Assembly (NCBI GenBank): GCA_014382085.1
Contig: JACNKJ010000218.1
Span: 1 to 32,153 of the forward strand
Length of the DNA: 32,153 bases
Source of the DNA: a bacterium
GTDB lineage: Bacteria; Krumholzibacteriota; Krumholzibacteriia; JACNKJ01
Direction of reading: 5' to 3'
Shown here piece by piece: positions 24,465 through 31,925 of this stretch. A model generated the notes under the pieces. That model was not told where the DNA came from. It made no database searches and was given only the letters and a program-made list of their open reading frames with translations. The position numbers and the translations under genes were made by a program. Within the stretch, counting starts at the first letter, position 1. Each line of letters opens with the position of its first letter.

Positions 24465-25673
24465 ATGCGTATTCCCATCATCATCACCGTTCTGTCGATC
24501 GTCTTCGCTTCGACCGCGCCCCCGGTTCAGGGCGTGGAAAGTGTGGGAGACTATCCGGTGGATAAACTGGCCGTGGAGCTCTGGTTCGATGAAGCTCGCG
24601 GATCGGTCTACGAACCGGGTGAAAGCGTGGAAGTGTTCTTCAAGGTTAGTCACGACTGTTACGTGGTGGTCTACGACGTGGACACTCAAGGATTCGTCAA
24701 CGTGCTTTATCCCAGGGGAGAACAGAATTCCTGGGTCGAAAGTGACCGGATCAAGAGTATTCCCAGCGCCTATGACGACTACGATCTACTCGTGGAAGGC
24801 CCCAAGGGCATCGAGTATGTGATCGCGGTGGCATCCCCCTATCCCCTGAACATCGGCAGTCTCTACGCCGAAGAGGAATGGGAAGACGGCTATCAATATT
24901 CAGGCCGCATCGCCGGTGATCCCAACGAGGCCATCTACGAACTCAACGACCGTCTGGCCTGGGGCTCCAGCGCATACTCCCCGGAGGGCTACTCCAGCGA
25001 CATCGGCTGGTTTTACGTTGAACGCGAAGTCCCCTATCCGCGCTACATCGTCTACCACGAGTATCCCGACCGATTCTGGGATCCCTACTGGGACCCCTAC
25101 GTGGAAGTGGATTTCTTCGTGGACTACCACTGGAATCACAATTGGTGCCGCCCCTGGTGGTGGTGCCACGGTTGCCGACCCGTGCACGACTACTGGTACG
25201 TGAGTGTGGGCGGAGTTCGGGTGAAGTGGAAGCACTGGCATCATCACGATAGCTATCATCCCGAGTGGCGGCGCGTGAAGCCCCCCCGATGGGACGGCAG
25301 GTGGCGCGAAGCCCGGGTCAAGGCATACAAAGACCAGGATCGCCGCTACAAGGAAAGTCGATCCACTTGGGATGACCGGGAACGTCAGAGCAAGGAAATT
25401 TACAAGGGTGATCGCCAGATCAAACAGAAGGACTATCGCGAGCGCAGCGCCCCCAAACGGGTGGAAAATAAGGCGGATCGAAAGCGCATCGAGAAGAAGT
25501 CCGACAGTGTGAAGGACAGCAAACGGGACAAGAAGGAAAGTAAGCCCAAGGTGAAGGAGAAGAAGCCCACCAAAAAGGCGGAGCCGAAGAAGAAGTCCGA
25601 ACCTAAGGAAAAATCCGAGCCCAAGAAAAAAGACAAAAAGGAAAACAAGGATAAGCGCCCCCGTAAGCGCTAA
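24465..25673 (+). CDS. Exported DUF4384-like protein with a Trp/His-rich middle segment and a Lys-rich tail
   Basis: Signal peptide MRIPIIITVLSIVFASTAPPVQG. YEPGESVEVFFKVSHDCYVVVYDVDTQGFVNVLYPRGE...GPKGIEYVIAVASPYPL matches my recollection of the DUF4384 pattern. GGAGGGAGG lies upstream of the ATG. Confidence 0.6.
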   Translation: MRIPIIITVLSIVFASTAPPVQGVESVGDYPVDKLAVELWFDEARGSVYEPGESVEVFFKVSHDCYVVVYDVDTQGFVNVLYPRGEQNSWVESDRIKSIPSAYDDYDLLVEGPKGIEYVIAVASPYPLNIGSLYAEEEWEDGYQYSGRIAGDPNEAIYELNDRLAWGSSAYSPEGYSSDIGWFYVEREVPYPRYIVYHEYPDRFWDPYWDPYVEVDFFVDYHWNHNWCRPWWWCHGCRPVHDYWYVSVGGVRVKWKHWHHHDSYHPEWRRVKPPRWDGRWREARVKAYKDQDRRYKESRSTWDDRERQSKEIYKGDRQIKQKDYRERSAPKRVENKADRKRIEKKSDSVKDSKRDKKESKPKVKEKKPTKKAEPKKKSEPKEKSEPKKKDKKENKDKRPRKR

Positions 25674-25694
25674 GTTCCCTCCCGGGAACGGAAA

Positions 25695-25726
25695 GCCCCG
25701 AAGGATTCCTCCTTCGGGGCTTTTTT
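25695..25726 (+). terminator. Intrinsic terminator closing the ECF operon (possibly bidirectional with sodB)
   Basis: Perfect 11-bp stem gccccgaagga / tccttcggggc with a 4-nt loop, followed by tttttt. It lies 22 nt after the 24465..25673 stop and 19 nt beyond the convergent sodB stop. Confidence 0.8.
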
Positions 25727-25744
25727 GTGCGCTGCCAGTTTGAA

Positions 25745-26329
25745 CTAGGCGCCGAACTGCGCAGCGGCGAATTCCCAGTTTACCAAATTCCAATAAGCCT
25801 CAATGTGCTTGGGGCGCGCATTGCGATAATCGATGTAGTAGGCGTGCTCCCAGACATCGATGGTCAGCAAGGGCGTTTGCCCGTCGCGGATGGGGCTACC
25901 GGCGTTGCTGGAGCTGACGATTTCCAGAGAGCCGTCATCCTTCTTGACCAGCCAGGTCCAACCGGAACCGAAGTTGGTGGCGGCCGCCTTGCTGAAGGCC
26001 GCCTTGAAGTCGGCAAAGGATCCGAAGGCCGTGTTGATGGCTTCGGCCAAATCCCCGCTGGGCTCTCCACCGCCCTTGGGCGAGAGGCAGTTCCAGTAGA
26101 AGCTGTGATTCCAGATCTGAGCGGCATTATTGAAGAGGCCGCCCATGGGCGCCGTCTTCACGATGTCATCCAGGCTCGAGTTCTCAAACTCGGTACCACC
26201 GATGAGACCATTGAGATTATTCACGTAGGCCTGGTGATGCTTGCCGTAATGAAATTCGAGGGTTTCAGCCGAGATATGCGGCTCGAGGGCATCCTTGGCG
26301 AAAGGCAATTCGGGAAGTTTGTGTTCCAT
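25745..26329 (-). CDS. sodB: Fe-type superoxide dismutase
   Basis: [42 protein letters not shown] (Fe-SOD-like) and [18 protein letters not shown] lies upstream of the ATG at 26327-26329. ORF track start 26392 adds 21 unsupported residues. Confidence 0.9.
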   Translation of the reverse strand: MEHKLPELPFAKDALEPHISAETLEFHYGKHHQAYVNNLNGLIGGTEFENSSLDDIVKTAPMGGLFNNAAQIWNHSFYWNCLSPKGGGEPSGDLAEAINTAFGSFADFKAAFSKAAATNFGSGWTWLVKKDDGSLEIVSSSNAGSPIRDGQTPLLTIDVWEHAYYIDYRNARPKHIEAYWNLVNWEFAAAQFGA

Positions 26330-26410
26330 GGGTTTCTCCCTTTCGTGGTTGGCTTTCCAGGCAGGTCTATAATCTTCTCCCGCCTGAGTCAAGTTTCACC
26401 ACGATAGTGA

Positions 26411-26441
26411 GCAAAGAAATTGCGGCGCTCGCAAGCGCCGC
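26411..26441 (-). terminator. Candidate intrinsic terminator after the msrB / flavin-reductase-like operon
   Basis: Minus-strand RNA GCGGCGCU-UGCG-AGCGCCGC (8-bp GC-rich stem, tetraloop) followed by AAUUUCUUUG. It begins 33 nt after the stop at 26475. Confidence 0.5.
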
Positions 26442-26474
26442 GAATTCAAGCTCCAGAGATCTTGGATATTGTTT

Positions 26475-27011
26475 CTATCTCCGCAGATACTTCTCCACAC
26501 CAAATGCCGCCAGAATCTCGCCCAGATAAACGCGATGATAGTCTTTCTTGGGATACTCGCCTTCTATCGAAGGATCCAGAAAATGCTGCGGATCCAAATC
26601 CTGCCAATAGATCTTACGGCACTCTAAAACCAATTCAGCTTCCTCAAAACCTGGTGAGCTCACCTGGCTGCACGGGGAAGGTCTGAGCCCGGTCTCGGCG
26701 ACTTTGTCGCCATCGCGTCCCGAGCGCGTGCCCAGAAGACGAAGGGCATCTCGATGCTTCTCGGAGAAGGCGCTTAAGGTGAAATTGTCGGCGGATTCCA
26801 TGAACTCATAGGTATGCCGTGTTGGCCGAACGAAGACCTGGGCCATGGGCTTGTTCCATAGAGTGCCCAGGGAGCCCCAGGAAACGGTCATGGTATTGAA
26901 CTGGCCAGATTCAAAATTACCGGCCGTGAGCAAAAACCATGTCTTGTCCCAAATAGTCAGGGGATCAAGGCGAAGGCGATCCAGGGGGATGCTTGAACGG
27001 TTCACCATCAC
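26475..27011 (-). CDS. Flavin reductase-like (FMN-binding split-barrel) family protein
   Basis: DKTWFLLTAGNFESGQFNTMTVSWGSLGTLWNKPMAQVFVRPTRHTYEFM...LGTRSGRDGDK matches the flavin_reduct family pattern as I recall it. No signal peptide. It starts 2 nt after the msrB stop. Confidence 0.65.
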   Translation of the reverse strand: MMVNRSSIPLDRLRLDPLTIWDKTWFLLTAGNFESGQFNTMTVSWGSLGTLWNKPMAQVFVRPTRHTYEFMESADNFTLSAFSEKHRDALRLLGTRSGRDGDKVAETGLRPSPCSQVSSPGFEEAELVLECRKIYWQDLDPQHFLDPSIEGEYPKKDYHRVYLGEILAAFGVEKYLRR

Positions 27012-27013
27012 TC

Positions 27014-27490
27014 CTATTCCGGGCTTATGATCTCGGGTAAGTCCTCACCCTTGGGTATGAAATCAAGGGAAACGGAATTGACGCAATGCCGTGTATCTTT
27101 GGAAGTGAATTGCTCACCGAGGAATACGTGACCCAAGTGGCCATCGCAATTCTCGCATAATATTTCGGTGCGGCGGCCGTCTGCATCCGTCTTGCGCCGA
27201 ACGGCGCCATCGATTTCATCGTCGAAGCTCGGCCAACCGCAGCGTGCGTTGAACTTGGAGTTCGATTCATAGAGAGGCGTATTACAGCGACGGCAGATGA
27301 AGGTGCCGTCCTCCCAAAAGTCCTCGAACTTCCCGGTGAAAGGTCGCTCGGTTCCCTTATTGATAATGACTCGGGCTTCCTGATCGCTCAATTCATTGTA
27401 CTCCACGGCGCTCTCCTCTTTGGATGCGGCGGCGCCGGTTCCGGCCATTGCCAGGAAGACGGCCACGAAAACCAACTGTTTGATCATCAT
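27014..27490 (-). CDS. msrB: Methionine-R-sulfoxide reductase MsrB with an N-terminal signal peptide
   Basis: CRRCNTPLY...RCGWPSF...ILCENCDGHLGHVF...RHCVNS covers the Zn CxxC pairs and the catalytic Cys. Signal peptide MMIKQLVFVAVFLAMAGTGAAAS. AAGGAGG lies upstream. Confidence 0.9.
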   Translation of the reverse strand: MMIKQLVFVAVFLAMAGTGAAASKEESAVEYNELSDQEARVIINKGTERPFTGKFEDFWEDGTFICRRCNTPLYESNSKFNARCGWPSFDDEIDGAVRRKTDADGRRTEILCENCDGHLGHVFLGEQFTSKDTRHCVNSVSLDFIPKGEDLPEIISPE

Positions 27491-27543
27491 TCCCTCCTTG
27501 CATCTTCGGGTCGATAGATACCCGGAAGTCCAGCACTAAGCAA

Positions 27544-27577
27544 GAAAAACGCGGGCCTCGTAAATCCGAAGCCCGCG
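27544..27577 (-). terminator. Intrinsic terminator after the outer-membrane barrel gene
   Basis: Minus-strand RNA CGCGGGCUUCG-GAUUUA-CGAGGCCCGCG (11 bp, one G-U pair) followed by UUUUUCUUG. It begins 21 nt after the stop at 27599. Confidence 0.7.
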
Positions 27578-27598
27578 CTGGAGGTAATGAACTGCTGA

Positions 27599-28846
27599 TC
27601 AGAAATCGAAAGAGAAGGCGCTGCCGAGGGTTAAGCCCTGGGCCCCACCGGGCATGTATCCGCCGCGAACACCGCCGTAGAGATCCATCCGGAAAATGCC
27701 GAGGTGTAAACCGATTCCGGCGACGGCGCCTTGAGCTTCCTTACCCATGCTCATTCCAAGGCGCGGACGCAGCCAGGATAGGGCCTTCCACTCGGCGCCG
27801 AGCATGGCCGCAGGGCCGGTGGCCTCGCCCTGCAATCCTCGCATGCGCAGCTCCGTTTCCAGCGCCAAAGTGATGCGACTCCAATCACGCAAAACACCCA
27901 TTCGAAGCGTCGAGGGTAGATTTCCAGAATAGGGATCGCCCGTCCAAGTGCTGTCGGACTTTTCGATGGCATCATCGATGTCGTCTTGGCCAAGTAGAAT
28001 ATCCTGGGCATCGGCCACCCAGAGACGATGCTCCACATCCTTGCTCCAATTCATGGATCCAAGGAGGCCCTCCCACATCAAACCCAAGCGCCAAACTTCG
28101 TTCAGGGTGCCCGCGAATCCGATGTCCATGGCATAGCCCGATCCACCTCGCGAAGTGAGGAACTCGGCGCGTGCCGAGCCATCCAATCCATCCATACTAG
28201 TGAACAGCCCGCCGCTTGCTTCCACGGCACGGAATTCGAAGAGTCCATAAAGATAGTGCAGATTGAGACCCGCGCTTAGCGACCAACTATCTCCCTGTTT
28301 AAGCGGATGCGCATAGGAAAGCGTGGCCGCGCCCATGGCAAAACCCTGGCCGTCGGTGTCCTCGAAGCTGAAGGCCTTGTCGATTTCGTTACCCAAAAGC
28401 ACGAGCTCAAAGACGTCACGATCCAGGTTACCACCACCTCGGCCAATCATCTGACCGGTTAGCGCGAAACGTCCCTTTCGGAAACCGAGCGCCGAGGCTT
28501 CCAGGCCGGCATCCACACGAAGTCCGCTGGCAGGGACATCGGCGAGCAAATCATCCTTGGCTTGAGAATCGAGTACCGCGCCCGAGATCTCGTTGTAACG
28601 AGAAAGCGACAGGGTGTTGTTGCCCAGATCCAAACCCAGGGATGCAAGGCCGAAGTAGAAGCCATCGGCCGCGGGATCGGCTAGCAGGGCGGGATTTCGT
28701 CCCACCGCTTCAAGACCGCGGGCCTGGGCGCTCATACTACCCGAGAGTCCCCAGGCGCGTAGGGCGTCTTGGGCATTCGCTGTGCCACCCAGAAGCGCCA
28801 AAGCGAGGAGGGAGAAGATTGCAATTCGTAAGGTCATGCGAGGCAT
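27599..28846 (-). CDS. Outer-membrane beta-barrel protein (FadL/PorV-like N-terminal motif; family uncertain)
   Basis: Signal peptide MPRMTLRIAIFSLLALALLGGTANAQ. ARGLEAVGRNPALLAD motif, alternating amphipathic strands, and a terminal ...GSAFSFDF aromatic residue. ORF track start 28858 is TTG and itself contains the SD (GGAGGA) for the ATG at 28844-28846. Confidence 0.7.
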   Translation of the reverse strand: MPRMTLRIAIFSLLALALLGGTANAQDALRAWGLSGSMSAQARGLEAVGRNPALLADPAADGFYFGLASLGLDLGNNTLSLSRYNEISGAVLDSQAKDDLLADVPASGLRVDAGLEASALGFRKGRFALTGQMIGRGGGNLDRDVFELVLLGNEIDKAFSFEDTDGQGFAMGAATLSYAHPLKQGDSWSLSAGLNLHYLYGLFEFRAVEASGGLFTSMDGLDGSARAEFLTSRGGSGYAMDIGFAGTLNEVWRLGLMWEGLLGSMNWSKDVEHRLWVADAQDILLGQDDIDDAIEKSDSTWTGDPYSGNLPSTLRMGVLRDWSRITLALETELRMRGLQGEATGPAAMLGAEWKALSWLRPRLGMSMGKEAQGAVAGIGLHLGIFRMDLYGGVRGGYMPGGAQGLTLGSAFSFDF

Positions 28847-28866
28847 GGGGTCCTCCAAGATTCCGT

Positions 28867-30933
28867 CTAGTTTTCCGAGCTGTTGATTTCCGCTTGCAGC
28901 ATGCCTCTCACGGCCAGATAATCCGATGGCCTGAAGGCGATTTCTTCTCCGTCCGTGCCGGGCATATCGACCACCACCGCCACGTAGTTTCCCTGCCCGA
29001 TGAGGGCCATGAGATCGTCGTTATCCAATTCCAATTCCTGGGAATCCAGCAGAGGTTGATCCACAAAACCCGAAGCGTCGGTGGAGGCGGCCCCTACGAC
29101 GAAAGGTCCAATTTCGCGAATGGGATGGCTGAACACCGTCATGGAGTCAGCGCCAACCACAAAACGCAGCTCGAGACCCAAGGGTAGAGCATTGTCGATT
29201 TCCGTCATGAGCTTGGCCGAATAGAGATGATCGCTAAGGGTCTCGCGCATGTCATCGTCGAGATCAAGTTCGAAAGGATCGCGCTGAATCTCGGTGGCCT
29301 CGATACTCGCTCGCAGAGGCGCCTCCACGCTCCAACGAATTTCGGCGCCAAGACCAAGGGCTGCCGTCCCGATCACATCTCCGCCCACGACCACATTGCC
29401 GCTGAGCTCAATGCGATTAGGAGCACCGCTCAGCATCTCAGGCAGGATGCTATTGCTGCTGTCCAGGACCACGCGCGTCAGCTTGCCGCTGCGTCCGTCA
29501 GCCGGCAGAATCTGCGCCACGTGATTCAGCTCAAGGGAATTCCCATCTGCATACTGACTCTCCATGTGGATGTTCAGCTGGGCGGGAATCTGCACTTCAT
29601 TCATCACATCGAGAACGAGGATGGCTTCGGAAAAATGCACGCCGGCCAATTCCTCAGGAAGATCCAGCTCTTCACTCACGGGATCGAGGTCGAAGATCTT
29701 TTCGGGAAAGCGCCCCGTCACCTCGTCCATGGATATTTCGACAGCCCATACCGAACTGCTCAAGAAGTCGCTGGATTGGATAAAGACCGTTTCTCCGACA
29801 CTACCCGGACTGGAAATCTCAACACGATAGGCCAACTGTTCAAGAGGCTCACTTCCTGGCGCAAGAATGTGCGCAGCAGCAAGGTCGACGAAGGTTTCAC
29901 CTTCTTCACCGGGACCCAGGTGCAGATGAGCTGAAACAGGCGTGCCTCCCGCATCGAAGATTTCTTCGAAGTAGAGTTCGGCCTGAACGTTGATCGGTAG
30001 ATGATTGCCGAGCGTCACGGCTAGAGATCCAGATGCGATGCTGCCCTCTAGAATCGCCAGAGAATCGCCAATCTCCACGAAGCGATTCTCAATCATGGAC
30101 TGTTCACCCACCACCGCTGTAGCCTGGTCCACCGACAGATCCACGAAATCTACGATAATATTCAATATTCGATAGGGGTCCACATCGCTGACGCCCGGAT
30201 GGCCTTCACTTCCGCCAATTATTCGCACTGAAACCGAATCGGGAAGCGTTGCGCCGCTCATATCGACCAAAGCTGTATCGGCAGCTCCAGGAGGAATTTC
30301 ATCGAGGAATTCAATGGTATCGATGAGCGCACCGTTACTCGTGTCGCGAATTTCACATCTTAGGGTATAAGGCATGTTCGGCCCCGAAAGAGGAACCTGG
30401 AACTGATTGTCAATGGTGGCCCGAAGGTATCCCGACTCAACGTGCGCGCTCTGCACGTCTTCAATGTCCTGCGCCTCAGGATCGAGGACGAATGCGAATG
30501 GTGGCACAGGAACCGTTCCCGGCGGCAGAAGAAGTATGTCGGGATAGATTTCGCTGAGGTCGAAATTGAAATTACCCGCCTCTCCCGTTTCGAGCGAAAA
30601 AAGACCCAGTTCAAAGGTTGATTCCTGCGAATCAAGTTCCACACTCATGTCTTGATCCAGATCCACTCGCAGGCTGTCTCCTTCAAGAAAGATGTAGAGA
30701 CCACCCTCTGAGTCCGAGAAAAGCAACTCCTCATCTTCCACCAGATCCGCCATGAGGACTTCCTGTCTCTCAAAGGGAATGTTCAGGACTGTGGTGAATA
30801 TAGGAAGCTCCGGACTTGCGATACCGCAGGCTGAAAAACCGAGAGCCGCAAGAAGAGCCAAACCGGCCATCAGCCAACGAAGACCGCGTGCGATTCTTTG
30901 ACGGAAAGAGCCATGAGAATGGATGGGGAACAT
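28867..30933 (-). CDS. Large acidic lipoprotein (~688 aa), no recognisable domain
   Basis: AGGAGA lies 6 nt upstream of the ATG at 30931-30933. N-terminus MFPIHSHGSFRQRIARGLRWLMAGLALLAALGFSAC (lipobox-like). Asp/Glu/Leu/Ser-rich beta-type sequence. Its stop is 20 nt upstream of the barrel gene start. Confidence 0.65.
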   Translation of the reverse strand: MFPIHSHGSFRQRIARGLRWLMAGLALLAALGFSACGIASPELPIFTTVLNIPFERQEVLMADLVEDEELLFSDSEGGLYIFLEGDSLRVDLDQDMSVELDSQESTFELGLFSLETGEAGNFNFDLSEIYPDILLLPPGTVPVPPFAFVLDPEAQDIEDVQSAHVESGYLRATIDNQFQVPLSGPNMPYTLRCEIRDTSNGALIDTIEFLDEIPPGAADTALVDMSGATLPDSVSVRIIGGSEGHPGVSDVDPYRILNIIVDFVDLSVDQATAVVGEQSMIENRFVEIGDSLAILEGSIASGSLAVTLGNHLPINVQAELYFEEIFDAGGTPVSAHLHLGPGEEGETFVDLAAAHILAPGSEPLEQLAYRVEISSPGSVGETVFIQSSDFLSSSVWAVEISMDEVTGRFPEKIFDLDPVSEELDLPEELAGVHFSEAILVLDVMNEVQIPAQLNIHMESQYADGNSLELNHVAQILPADGRSGKLTRVVLDSSNSILPEMLSGAPNRIELSGNVVVGGDVIGTAALGLGAEIRWSVEAPLRASIEATEIQRDPFELDLDDDMRETLSDHLYSAKLMTEIDNALPLGLELRFVVGADSMTVFSHPIREIGPFVVGAASTDASGFVDQPLLDSQELELDNDDLMALIGQGNYVAVVVDMPGTDGEEIAFRPSDYLAVRGMLQAEINSSEN

Positions 30934-31280
30934 TTCGAATCTCCTGTGCTTGCGCATGCTTGTTTCCAGCGGGCGAACAGCAAAGGCCATGCCTTTAGCA
31001 ATTCACTTTTGACGCGCAATGTCGGGGAGGTTCGGGGAAGGGCGAGGGCTGAAACGCAACAGGGATTCAAGGGTCTTGAACGCCGGTGGGAAGCTTTGAC
31101 CCTAAGTTTAGGGTAGCTTGGGTTGTTTGCGATTTCGCCTTCTGGAAAGCCTTAACAGAGTACGTGCATCGCTTGAGTCAGGCTCCTATATTGTCCGCAA
31201 CGATCATGCGGCAAAGGGCATCACAAGAGATCATTGTCAGAGATACGATGCCTAACGCGAAACTGAGAGGAGGCGAGCAG

Positions 31281-31925
31281 ATGAAACATCTAAGTAGTCT
31301 TTTGCTTGCCCTGATGACCTTGACCACGATTGCCCTAGAGGAGCCCGCCATGGCCGGATCCCAAAACAAGGATGCTCACGAAACCAAGATGGCCGTGGCC
31401 ACATTCGGTGGAGGATGCTTCTGGTGCCTGGAAGCCGTCTTTGAAGAATTGGATGGCGTGGACGACGTGATATCGGGATATGCCGGCTGAAGAGAGAAGA
31501 ACCCCAATTATCGTGATGTCTGCAATGGTCTCACCGGTCACGCGGAAGTGGTGCAAATTCGTTTTGATTCCTCGCGCATCAGCTACGAGGAATTGCTCGC
31601 CGTCTTTTTCGGCACTCACGATCCTACTACCATGGATCGCCAAGGCGCCGACGTGGGCAGCCAATACCGCTCTCTCATCCTATGCCACGACGAATCGCAA
31701 CGCGCCGGCGCCGAGAAGATGGTAATGGAGCTGGAGAAGGAAAAAGTCTTCGACGAGCGTATCGTCACCGAAATCTCGAATCTCGATGAATTCTACCCAG
31801 CTGAGTCCTATCACCAGGACTATTTCGCGCGCAACACCGACCAGCCGTACTGTGCGGCGGTGATCACACCCAAGCTCATCAAGTTTCGCAAGGAGTTCGC
31901 AGAGAAGCTCGCGCGCAATCGCTAA
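31281..31925 (+). pseudogene. msrA: Peptide methionine-S-sulfoxide reductase MsrA with a signal peptide, interrupted by an in-frame TGA at 31488-31490
   Basis: GAGAGGAGG lies upstream of the ATG at 31281. [25 protein letters not shown]..., then [59 protein letters not shown]...HDPTTMDRQGADVGSQYRS...YHQDYF, all in a single frame. The ORF track splits it into 31086..31490 and 31548..31925. Confidence 0.75.

Noticed and set aside
24900-25793. 297-aa minus-strand ORF, plus 23158..23716 minus-strand ORFs
   Set aside because: They mirror the low-complexity Lys-rich coding regions of the plus-strand operon (giving Leu/Phe-rich antisense). They would also run through the operon terminator.
25727-26407. 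226-aa plus-strand ORF overlapping sodB
   Set aside because: It is antisense to an SOD gene with all signature motifs.
29227-29934. 235-aa plus-strand ORF inside the large lipoprotein gene
   Set aside because: It is antisense to a 688-aa ORF that has an SD, a lipobox and operon context. No motif or SD supports it.
31488-31490. Alternative genetic code (TGA=Gly, table 25) or selenocysteine to explain the msrA TGA
   Set aside because: TGA ends the beta-barrel gene exactly after its terminal Phe and forms GTGA stop/start overlaps at pilN/pilO and at the anti-sigma gene and the next gene. For Sec, the catalytic Cys is intact and I find no clear stem-loop within ~40 nt downstream. These remain only as low-probability alternatives in the finding.
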